In this document: piece by piece, positions 34,301 to 45,100 of the stretch
Layout of the letters: each line of letters opens with the position of its first letter
Position numbering within the stretch: the first letter of the stretch is position 1
Source: Tubulanus polymorphus
Taxonomy: Eukaryota > Animalia > Nemertea
NCBI RefSeq assembly: GCF_964204645.1
Contig: NC_134028.1
Span: forward strand, 23,432,345-23,496,344
Length of the DNA stretch: 64,000 nucleotides
Direction of reading: 5' to 3'
Notes under the pieces: generated by a model
What the model was told of the DNA's origin: nothing
Seen by the model: the letters and a program-made list of their open reading frames with translations, nothing else
The model's database searches: none
Position numbers and translations under genes: made by a program

Positions 34301-37300
34301 CATCGAATGTCTAATGATTCCGATCTGGTCCTTTTAATCAGCCGCGTATAAATTTGGCCAATATAAGAAAGAACCTCACACTTTACAAGGAAAAAATTTG
34401 TAAAAAGACAAACGGTCGTTGGCTAAAACAACCGTCGTTGTAAAACTACTATTTCACATATGAATTGAAGAGTATGCGAATCTATAGAAAATGCTAATTT
34501 CATCTCTGACGTCATCTATAGTTGTGTTGTATAAAAGAGGGGTTGGAATTATAATTGGTGTCAACTTTAGCCCGGGGGTTAACTTGATTGAAAATAAATT
34601 GAGTTAGCCCCAGGGTAAAACTTCTGGTCTGTAAAACCGGCCCCTGGCTGTTAACGTCGATCAGTTCGACAGTTATCAGTTGAATTTTAAAATCTAGTTA
34701 GATCTAGTTCATTCAGGTTAACTTGCTTTGGCAACATTCTTTCTGCAATAGGATTTCATCCATGTGGTCAGCAATTCCCTCTGCAAGGTTCTGTACTGAT
34801 TTTTCATCGTCTATTTTTGTTTGTATTGTCTCTTACATCAGGTGAAATCATGGTTTCTCGGTTTTCGTTACGGAGCGATGGTGCTTGCGCACGCCAACAG
34901 TGCTCTTAATCCCATCATATACGCCGGATTGAGCGAAAACTTCCGAAAGGGGTTTCTACGTTTCATCGTCTGCTGGAAGAAGAACGAACCGCACGATAGG
35001 TAAAAGCATTTCGTCACGCTTCAATTTATCTCTTCCCGAACCAGAAGAAAAGTACAACACCCGAGTATATCGCGTCAGTATGGAGTATTCCCGTCACCAG
35101 TATCCCTCGAAAAAAAAAATGAATTCCTTTATCGATGAAAAACTAACGGCATTTTTCGATCTATTTATGTAGACGTGTTTTATCAAGAAATTCAAGTCGT
35201 TCCGTCTATACGTTTAATGCTTTACCACTAAAATCGTGCAATAAAAGCCTACAGAACCACGTGTCTATTTGAATCAATGCTGAAAGTAGCCAGGTACGTA
35301 AAAATACGTTAGTATTAGACGATATGATACTACCGTGTGAATACGACCGTAGCTGCGTTTTAACACTGCGCTTACTGACGCGATTATTCGGTTTAGAGTA
35401 TTTTTAACAACATTTTCCGTCGATTTGAGCTTATTTCGGTTTGTATATAATAGCATGACGTCTCATTTATATATCGCTTTAGTCAGTTTGATAATGTTAA
35501 AGATTGTATTTCGAAATCTCGACTTATTAGAAAGCTGACTGTATCGATAGGCATGGATAAGTAAGAAAATGCTAAAAAATGAAATTTCTATCTACATCGA
35601 AAAACATGTGAAAATTCTAATACCACACTAGGTGGAGCTTCCCGTCCGGATTTCAGCTACAAATCACACGAAAACAACTGTCGCACACTCGATTCAACCC
35701 CACGAACGGCAGCCATCTTAAACGCCCAGAAGATGAGGAATTGATGAAACCGGACTAGTCTCAGAACTGAGGGGTATTCATTAATTCATCTTTTCTTTTT
35801 CAAGTGACCAGCATGTTATGGCCGTGACATCCTTGTGTGCCTTTTTCGAATTCCTCTGCTATCATACGTTGTTTTATGAAGATAATTTTCAAGACTCGTA
35901 ATTTTAAAGTTTTTCAGGGAGAAATCGACGGGATAGAATTTGATTTTCACACACACACTCTAGCGTTGCCTTTAGCACGAACAACATCGTGCTCAGAATT
36001 GTCCATTTCGTCTCATTTAGTCTTGCTTGCCTGCTCCTCCTATCTCTTGTTTTAAACTGATTTGTTTTAGAATTAGATTGATTTCATTTGATTTATTTTT
36101 CACATAAGACTTTTTGCATGGAACATAGATTTAGATATATTCAAATATAATTCTAAATGCGGTACAATGTGTTTAATAATGGTTAAGTTGCAGCATTGAC
36201 ATGAAAGACTCATATCCCTTTCACGTGCACTTTATTCTTCGTTTGCCAAATATGCATCGGTTTCTTTACCGTCCGGCAAACAACGGGCGGCAATCCCGGT
36301 TATTTAGTTTTATCAATTGCGAGGAAAATCGAGGTTGAAATTTATTAAGTGTAAACGAAAATACCACAATACAAATATTCAACAACTATAAAATCAGTTT
36401 CCTTGAAGATTCGACATGATTTCTTTTTTTCCACATTCAGATATTTATTCAAATGATTTCGAATGAATATCCGAGGATGGAAAGTAGAAAGGCTTCCGAA
36501 ACGTCAGGTTAACAGGTTTTATAGTTATTGAATCGCGGTATCGTGGGGTTGTTATGTGGACAATCGTGGTATTTCCATACGGAGACGATGATGGCGAGTA
36601 CGAAATTTACGCCTCATAAACGGCCGTTACGATTGCGTCGAAATTGAATCGTCAATAAAGTCGCTCTGAGAAAATGTATATTGCGAACTCGGTAAGGTAA
36701 TTGGACGGATTCTGTTTTGTTTGCCCTCGACAGCTCACGTTCTACCGGCGGAAGTCAATTAGTAATGTGAGAAACCGCACAACGTGAGTTTCTTCCAGTC
36801 GTTTCCTACACGGAGAAAACTTTCGCCTCTTCAAAACGAAGAACGCTTTTAATAAACCTTACTATGGCTGTATGGAAACGATATTCGATTTAAACTAATC
36901 ATTTAAACGTTGATTTTTTTTCCAATTTGTTTATATGATTTATTTTCGGTTTAGTTCGTATGATTATGATTTTTCATCTTGCTTAGTCGACATTACGTAC
37001 AATTCTTTGAAAAATGTCGGTAAATTATGTATCATCTTTTACGAAACTATTGCTGGACTGCGTAACTGTTTATTTATATATGTCCTTATTATTTTTCGTA
37101 GTTTGAGGGTAAATTTTTTGCAGAAAATATATTTCAAGACTTCTTAGGCGTTGAATTAGTTTTATCGTCGTGCGCCATCGCGTAGAGAGCTATCGTAGAT
37201 GCTTTTAGTTGCGCCGGCATTACTTGTGTTTACACAAATACATCGTTACTGCCGACGCTGAGTACATATCAACATTTTCCCCGTATATTTTCAGATTGAC

Positions 37301-37538
37301 GACACAGAAAACAAGGAGCTCATTACTGGCACCGGTATCCAGCAGCCAAAATCAACAGCGTCAAGGATCTATCGACGGCGGTGGACAACATGTTGTCAAC
37401 CGAACGGATCCGTCAAAACAGTTGTGCCCGAACAGCAGAAGAACGGGCGAACGCAATAAGAGAATTGACGGCCCTGAAATGGTTCCTTTGGCTTCAGAAA
37501 TGAACGAAACTCTAAGGATGCAGTCCTTGTACGATTGA
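18945..37538 (+). CDS. Class A (rhodopsin-like) neuropeptide-type GPCR, paralogue 1, 451 aa, five coding exons
   Basis: Exons 18945-19323, 31737-32206, 33757-33861, 34842-34999 and 37295-37538 total 1356 nt in frame. Motifs: GNxxV, NLALGD, WxLGxxxC, CKIFPFVQ (Q3.32), DRF, CWVP, NPIIY and helix 8 ENFRKGF. Q3.32 and the overall pattern fit peptide receptors of the QRFP/orexin/NPFF/tachykinin type. The exact family was not resolved. Confidence 0.93.
19495..19612. mobile_element. Degenerate MITE-like inverted repeat
   Basis: agttgaattcgactcta ... tagagtcaaattccaact form imperfect inverted arms. Confidence 0.45.
21563..21672. mobile_element. MITE-like element (family also at ~34550-34646)
   Basis: Termini cagggcccggttttatagact ... 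agtttctaaaactgggc. The internal tagccaggggttaactcaattga is shared with the copy at 34550-34646. Confidence 0.6.
22447..23003. mobile_element. Outer non-autonomous TIR element containing two tandem ~140-bp MITEs (22461-22599 and 22602-22740)
   Basis: Outer TIR ggggtggatccag / ctggatccaccc. Each inner copy has its own TIR (gggccagttgtacagtcgtgactta...taagtcatgactgtgcaactggcc) and a shared core, agactggtcttaagttgttagattgg. Confidence 0.8.
25325..25716. repeat. Tandem duplication, two copies of ~195 bp
   Basis: gtgacatttctgagac...ctcagacatggatttat starts at 25325 and again at 25520, with few substitutions or indels. Confidence 0.95.
27775..28100 (+). mobile_element. Probable tRNA-derived SINE
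   Basis: GC-rich head with B-box GGGTTCGAATCCC at 27838-27850, followed by a ~250-bp body ending in an AT-rich tail. Boundaries are approximate. Confidence 0.45.
31737..32206 (+). CDS. GPCR paralogue 1 exon 2 (TM3 with DRF, TM4, ECL2, TM5, ICL3)
   Basis: Acceptor tttttttcag|TA; donor AAG|GTACGT. Confidence 0.93.
33757..33861 (+). CDS. GPCR paralogue 1 exon 3 (TM6)
   Basis: VLRMLFIVLVTFMFCWVP; 105 nt; tttttcag| and GAG|GTTTGT. Confidence 0.92.
34550..34646. mobile_element. Partial MITE-like element related to 21563-21672
   Basis: Internal inverted repeat tttagcccgggggttaac...gagttagccccagggtaaaa and terminus tgtaaaaccggcccctg. Confidence 0.5.
34842..34999 (+). CDS. GPCR paralogue 1 exon 4 (TM7, helix 8)
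   Basis: HANSALNPIIYAGLSENFRKGF; 158 nt; phase-2 donor AG|GTAAAA. Confidence 0.92.
36357..36576. mobile_element. Possible Penelope-like element end remnant with inverted arms
   Basis: attcaacaactataaaat (~36377) pairs with gttttatagttattgaat (~36516). Between them is a short stem-loop followed by CGAAACGTC (ccgaggatggaaag...cttccgaaacgtcagg). Confidence 0.35.
37295..37538 (+). CDS. GPCR paralogue 1 exon 5 (C-terminal tail)
   Basis: Acceptor attttcag|A completes the AG+A Arg codon. The Ser/Thr-rich tail ends MQSLYD-TGA. Confidence 0.8.
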
Positions 37539-38916
37539 ATCTGACGATAGAGTATTCGTACACTAATTGCTATTGTATGTGAAATGGGGTGCTGCTAACG
37601 CTACTGTGGCAATCGACGATTCCACTTATAGCAAGTGAGGATTCGCCAGATTCGCTAGTAGTTACTCGGTCGGGACTTTTCTCTTGAATAATTCAATCAT
37701 TAATGAACGCTACACCAATCACTGAGTAGAAAATGATTGTGATATATATACATATATATGGTTCTTGTAATGTATGGATTTGGAAGCCTGGAAAATACAG
37801 TTTAAGTTGATTGAAAATGAACTAATTTTGACAACGTAAAACTGAATGTTCTAGATAACTGGTGTTGCAGCTCCCTGTTGTGTTTATATACGTTTCAGAC
37901 TAAAGTATGAAGGACGAAAGCATCGGTTTTCGGAATATTGTTTCACATTCTTGGCCGCAATGTGGCTGGACCTGCGGCGGGATGATTAAGATTCTATTAC
38001 CTGCATTCGTTGCAAACACAAATCTATCCCTATTTGTTAATCAGTTTATGAAAAATAAATGACGTTCTATTCCAGTTACGTAACATAAAACTATTTTCGG
38101 AGTTTCGGATATCTTTTCGTTGGAATATTTGCAACTGGAAATCTGATCAAAATTGATAAGGACATTATGTGACAATTCAAAATTCAGCGGGATGTTTACA
38201 CCTGATTGGCAAACGTAGAGTTCTTTATATTCAAGTTTATATTCAAGTTAACACAAATAAGAGAAGCGGATAATGAAGGTTTGTCTAACAGTCGTCTCTT
38301 CAACCGCAACTAAAATTATTGAAATTGATGCGGCGGGAAAAGAATACAAAATAAACGAACTGAATACGCAAAACAAGATATATTCTAGACACTTATATAG
38401 TTATTGGTTAATCTGCACATACTTGATAGACAGCGACTGCTTTATAATGATATAACATGAGAAATGTACATCGATTTCTTTACATTGTTATTTTACAAGA
38501 ATTCTTTTGAGAACAAAGTCCCTTTAACCGTAACAATACAAGAGATCCTCAGTTTCTGGTTTCTCGTATTATGCTATTTATGGCCATTGACTCGTACGAA
38601 GTAAAACCGCGGTCCCGTATCGTTTAGATCGTGAAATTCAAAGTTCTACGACGACGGAACATATACAATTCGAAAGCGTTTACAAAATGAACCAGGGATT
38701 TGGTGATTAGCGCGAAGTCTCATTCTTGCGTTGTCACTAGAGTCGATGAAGCGACGAGCTTTCAAGCGATTCAATCGGATTTTTGGTCACGCGAATTTCC
38801 GTTCGCCGGTGAAAGCTCTATACTACTTTCTTACGGAAGCAATCACCTCGTCGACGTTGAGTGACACGCTTCATCCGAACGCTTATTCGACCTTTCCGTT
38901 GGAAAGCTCCTAATAT

Positions 38917-39139
38917 TTATAAAGTGGTGTCTCCATCTGCTGTCAAACTGACCAATTCATCTTTCTCGGAGGAACGAGGGTCACCGTTTTCGCTTGTCAT
39001 AGCGACTGGAGTAAGCGGAGCTGCTTGACTCGTGTTTTCAATGTTAGGTAGATTACGGCGTTGACTGTAATGTTGGTAAGCGCCAGCGGTCGAAGCCGTC
39101 TGCGATATTATTGACGAGCGTGTGAAATACGTTGAGCGC
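38917..39139 (-). CDS. GPCR paralogue 2 exon 5 (C-terminal tail)
   Basis: Acceptor tttttcgctag|G; open frame RSTYFTRSS...DGDTTL*. Confidence 0.82.
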
Positions 39140-42100
39140 CTAGCGAAAAAGAATAATAGATAGACCTTTTTAATAACAAACAGATTAAACGTCTGAATTA
39201 GTTGTCTCGTCGAGGCAAATTATAGATTTAGGAGCTAAGATTTTTTACCCGTCGTTGAAGTATCGTCTGCGCCAACAACAGAAAAGATGAACAAATCCTT
39301 TTCTGAAATTTTCGTTCAATCCGGCGTATATGATCGGATTCATCGCGCTGTTGCAGTTAGCCATCAGGATGGAGCCGAACTGGAAGCTGACAAACCACGG
39401 CATAACCTGTAAGAGAAATCCAGAGAACGAAGTTAGAAATGATTTCCCGGAAGATTATCCGTCGATGGTAATAAGAAGATGATAAATATGCGTGAAAAAT
39501 AAGTTACTTTATAACTTATTCGATATTTTATTCATTGGGCATGTGCCCTAAGTACTTGTATCTACATTTCTGCGTAGGATATAGGTGAACGTGTAAGAAA
39601 ACTATCTTCCCCGCAAATCAGGAGTCCTATACAATCAGATGTATACGACTGCGAAATTTATAATAAAAAAAAATGATTCGAGACAATATTCGTAAAAAGA
39701 TCCATCATCTTTTATCGTTGACTTCTCGATTTTGATAGAATTATCGTTATCGCAGTCAGCTGTTGTTTACACACAGACAACAGCGGGCGACAGACATTCA
39801 TATTTGATATAGGAGAGAAGAGAGAATGCACGAACGAGTTAGCGATGACACCGATTAGAAGTCATGTATCAATGAGATGTGTTTACTCAGGCGCAGTTCT
39901 CCAGGTGATCTCGGCACCAATATCAGTCTCGCAGGGGCTAGCGAAGATTTGTAAATAATCCTACGTTCATTTTTTCGATAGTCGATCGTTCGCGGCGAGT
40001 ATCTTGTTCAGCGTTTGTAATTCTGAGCTGGCAACGGGTCCATGTACCCTAATAAGTACTTTTCTCTAGAGACACGATGGATTTGTTCACTGACTCGCAA
40101 GACATCAAAGTGAGAATAACTCACTCTGCACTAGTGAGTAGGGGTCGGTTTTTAAACTGGTATTTCTGTAAAACCTTTAGTTAAACCTTAAGCTGTAAGC
40201 AAATTACCGAGGCAACTGTGGAGCTATCGTGGGTGCATAGTTACCACTTAGCTAAAAAAAAGTTTGTAGGGACAATCCCTTCTCTAAGATTTAAAAAAAA
40301 AGTTAGCGCCCAAATGGCCGCTTGCCGGTTCAGACTGGATTGAAAATTCCTTACACGAACCGGACTGAATCTTACGATGTAAATCAGTAAATTTGACCGA
40401 CCACCAAACTATATCTGCTGTACTTCAAACCCGATGCTTCGTTCCTTCCTCTATTTCAAGATCAAACAGATGTTTCGATCAACAATACGCCCAATTTGCT
40501 CGTTATAGCCGGACAGTGCGGCCGACTTAATAGATGTGGAATCATCAGAATAGCAATTCTGGTGATTGTCTCACCTGCGATCCGTTGTCGGTACGATAAA
40601 CACTGTAAACATACTGCACTTGAAATGGAACCCAACAAACCATGAACACCACCAGCAAAATGAATAACATCCGAAGTACCTGCAGTGCACAGCAAAAAAA
40701 AAACATTAAGACGGTGAGCGCATTGGAATTCTATTCAAAAATATATATCACTTGAATTGCTTAAAAGGCTCAAGAGGGAAGCTGAAAAGCTGATTAGTTT
40801 CATGGCTTTTCAGCAGAACTGTAAATGGGCATACTTAGCGTCTTAATCCTCGCCGGGAGAGTTACCGTTCAAAGGAATTTAACTCGTTGTTTAGGAATTC
40901 CTGGGGCATTCCAACAGAAATTGCCTGTTTGAGCAGCGAAATGAAAATCAAATTTTATCGTTGATTGGGCAAAATGCGGACAGCAAGTTATCTAATCTGT
41001 TACAGGTGTTTATTGCTGATGAGAGCTCGTAAATTCGCTAGAGCTTTCGGAAAAAATTGATGAAATTGATAAAAATAAACATGTTATTACGATTGGACGC
41101 ATTACAGCTCATCCGTTCGGGTAAATTCCTGAAGGCTTAAAGGTCGACCGAAGCAGAAATTCCGAATTGGCTTACCTTTTTCAGGGAGCGCTGTTGGACC
41201 GATGCTTGGCCATTATTACCGGATGAACTGTTAGGAACAATTCGATTTCGTCGGTACATGATGATGGCAATGGTCAAGTACCCAATATGCATGGTGACCA
41301 TGGGTAGCCAGTTGGCAACTGCGCACACGAATGTCCAATAGGCCTTTCGATAAAGCTGTCGCAGACGTGTGTACTCGCACAGAGTTTGAACATCGCACAG
41401 CATCCACGAGAAATCTTCGTTACAGAACTGCTCGAAGTGGTCTTTCCATTGCCGCTCTCGGTACTGATACGCCAGAAATGCGGGCACGCCCAGCGCTATG
41501 GACATGGCCCAAATGATGGAAATGATGACCGCGACGTTTCGCGGAGTTGACCGAGACTTCAACGGGAAAACAACGGCGAAGAAACGATCGCACGCTATTG
41601 CCGTCATTGTAAATATACTACAGCACATCGTCGTAACTGAAAAAGTAAGAAAAAGGAGAAAAAGTTATTTTTAGAACGTAATTTTTGTATGCTGGCGACG
41701 TGAAACAATAAATAATTTCTGGTATTATGATACTGTCGATAAATGGGAAACGTTAGGAATAAATGTATATAAATATGTAGTTTTTTCTCATGAGAACTAT
41801 TCGGTCACTGTGTCGTCGTATCCAGTATATTGTACATGTTTGTACGACGCGCAGGCATCTGTGTATACGATGCAACGCTATCTATAAATCATGGAAGTTG
41901 CTCTTTGAATTACTTCAACAACGTCTTTCGTTTGTTGTTGAGAAAATCTACCGGGCGCATCATCGCGTACTACACACCGTCTCTTGGCTCCTTTAAATTC
42001 TTGATTTTATGTGCGAAAAGCTTGCGGTGAGTTGTAATCTCGAATTATAGGACCCAGTCCCGCAGTAACGGGATAAATTAATTGAAAATGAATCGATTTC

Positions 42101-45100
42101 GATGGAAATTTCTTACAGAATTCATTTCTTACAGGTCGATTTGCTTTGTAAAAAACAAAATAGCATTGATCATTCTGGAACTCCAGAACTCGTATCAACA
42201 ATTGATTCTTTTTCTTCAGTCAGTCAACCCACTAGGTGGTGGTGTTGGTCAATACGACGAGTCTGTCCCTTATTAATGATATGCTCCAGCGCAGCGGCAC
42301 GGTCGCATAAACTCAGCTCCTCGTGGTATACAAAAAATCATGTTTTTTCTGATACTATAGATAGGTTCTGCCTGGTAAAGCTTGTCTAGAATGAATAATT
42401 GTCGGGCGCGTATAAATGGCTCGGTCGGACGAGATAAAATAATTGGTAGATGACTTACCCCACGCCGACGGCAGCGTTTATAGTAGATAGTCAAAAAGTG
42501 TGCAACGGATAACTTATCCGGCGGCTTTGTGATGATACTTTAGTACGCGAAGGAAAGATAATTTGTTCCCATATCTTCAGGCGATTCCAGATATGTACTT
42601 ATGACGACAGTTTGAGATATGATGCATTTCCTGTCATCTCACGTCATGAAATAGACTACTGCATATTTCAGATTTTTCTTTAGAATATCTGACGAGGATT
42701 TTGATGAATGACGATAGATTCTTAATGTCTATTATTTTGCGTGTGAGTTTAGCTATAAACGAACGATGATACGGAATTATCCCCAATTTTCGAATATTCT
42801 CAATTTCTGATTCCGACAGGCTTCGGTGATGCGGTCGTTAATCTGCGGTTCAACTTTCATTATGGATTCGGATTGCTATCGTATCGTCTCTAATTCACTT
42901 ATGCAATTTCCACGACGACAATTGTCAAGCATCGGGAAATCGCGGTGCTTGAAGGCCGATGCTGAAAAAGTGGCGAGAAAATCTAACCAGAGCTCATACG
43001 TTCCGACTTCCTTTGCCTATTAGTATCCACAAAAAGCGAACCACTTTATGGTCGTTTTCGGCCTTTTGTTGCCAGTGGACAGAAGGTGATGGATGGCCCG
43101 CTATCTGTATCAATAACGCAGTTTATGACATGGAAAATAGCGCCTGCGCGGTGATCACTTGAAGAAGATCATTCCGCAGAAAGGATTTAGCGAACTGATT
43201 GATACGCGATTCACACATCGACGATATCGAAATTTCAAAAGTAGATAATTCACAAAGATTATATATGAGCTCGGTCGCTTCTCGTTCTCTTGAACAACGT
43301 AGTTATTTGATGAATCACGCATTTAAATCCGAGAGCTACACGGAAATAAACGAATGATTAATGCCGGTCCCCTTGGAAATTTCATCGAGGAATATGCAGA
43401 ATTAGCTATAGTTATCGATATGCAATGAATCTGGTTGCAATACAATAAACCACTGAAGATAATGCATCGCTGCATTCCAGTCAAATATCATCAATATGTT
43501 TTAGATTACTTTTTTATCAACTCAATAGTTCTTCGCCATACATTCCACCTGATCGGCGACCTTTACAGGCCAGTTGCGCGAGGAAAGTGTGGGCGGGTTT
43601 GTTTTTTCACTTGGTTAGAACTAGACAGGGGTCAGGGGCCCTGTGAAAAAATTTCGAAGCTTTACTGCTGAAGTATCTGCCCTTAGCGATCCCCGACGAT
43701 CTTAAGAAGATCAAGATAGAAATGATAGATTTGAAATACATGTATTATGTTGTAATACTCGTAAGTGTCAGGTCAATACTATCTTCAAATCTAAAAAGCA
43801 ACTGAACTAATTTTTTTGCGGTGGGGCATCGAACCCTCTTGGTCCGCAATAGAAGCGGCCGCCGCGCACGTGATGGCATCATCCGAGTTCTGGTAACTTG
43901 CCAACATATGTAAAATCCATGCGTTCACGTCAACTGTGACGCTTTACTTCAATTAGCCGCTTTCGCGCTTGACAGCCAATAAAGACGAAGAACGTCACCT
44001 TCATAACCCCTACTTGTTGTCCGCAAATATGGCGTCCTTGCCTGGAGATAATTAGGTTATTTTTATGGAACCATACATTTTGGCAGTTCGTGCTACTTTT
44101 TTGTCATAGGAAAGTCAAAGCCAATTTCGGCAGCATTCTTGGATAGAATATAAGAGAAGATTTACGATAGAGCTACGACTACTGGTATAGCGTGCCTCCA
44201 TGTCTCTCAATATTCCGAGAGGTGTAATTATGTAATATGAGCTCAGCCAGATTTACCATCGCAACGACCATCGTGTGGGTTAAATTATAAATGCGATTTA
44301 CATTTTATTTCCATCAATTTTTGCTTAATATTTTCGCGCGACGCAATTTGAAAGGCTGTCAGTTGATGGATGAAATAGAGAAACTTCTGACATTAAACAT
44401 GATATAGCATGTAGATAGCGGCATCGATAGCCCCACCAAGCGGAAATAACGTTCGCTACACTTAAACATTCTTATCCTAATCTGTTCGACCGGATAATAA
44501 TACCGTCGTATAGTGCTCGAATCTTCACTTGAAAGCTTATCTGTATCTCTCCGACAACGGCGATATATTTTGTACACATAGTTTTGACGCCCAATAAAAC
44601 AACTACAAAAGTATCTCCTATATATTTTTGATAACTATACTATACGTTGTTTGATAAGGGGTAGTGTGCGAGTCGATGTGCACTTCGTCATCACAATTGG
44701 CGTTTCAAATTACAATCCGTGTTCTTTTAATTAGATAGATTAGATTTCATAACTCTTATTTTCTATCAAATAGATTCTAATGTCTTTTTCATGAAATTCA
44801 ATGGCATTTAGTAATAAATGGATGATCAATCATAGAATAAGACAGAAAATGGGGAAAAGCCCGCATCCAAAATGAAAAACGAGTTTTCGTGTACTACATG
44901 TATTTATCTCAACGGTTCCATTATATCCTAATCGGCATCTCCAGGAAAGGGCTAGACTGGTTGCCGGGCAATGCAATTCAATTCTCGATTTATTCAAATT
45001 CAAAATAACTTTATTGATCCTGAATGTTACATCATTTATATCATATAAATTCATGGGCGACAATATATCAAGCAATATACATACAATACGTTATTAATCA

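Noticed and set aside
40462-40695. 77-aa minus-strand ORF in the track
   Set aside because: Wrong frame. The real content is the TM6 exon 40679-40575.
38917-41636. GPCR paralogue 2 as a pseudogene lacking TM6/TM7
   Set aside because: Exons 3-5 are absent from the ORF track but present in the sequence, with canonical splice sites and an intact frame.
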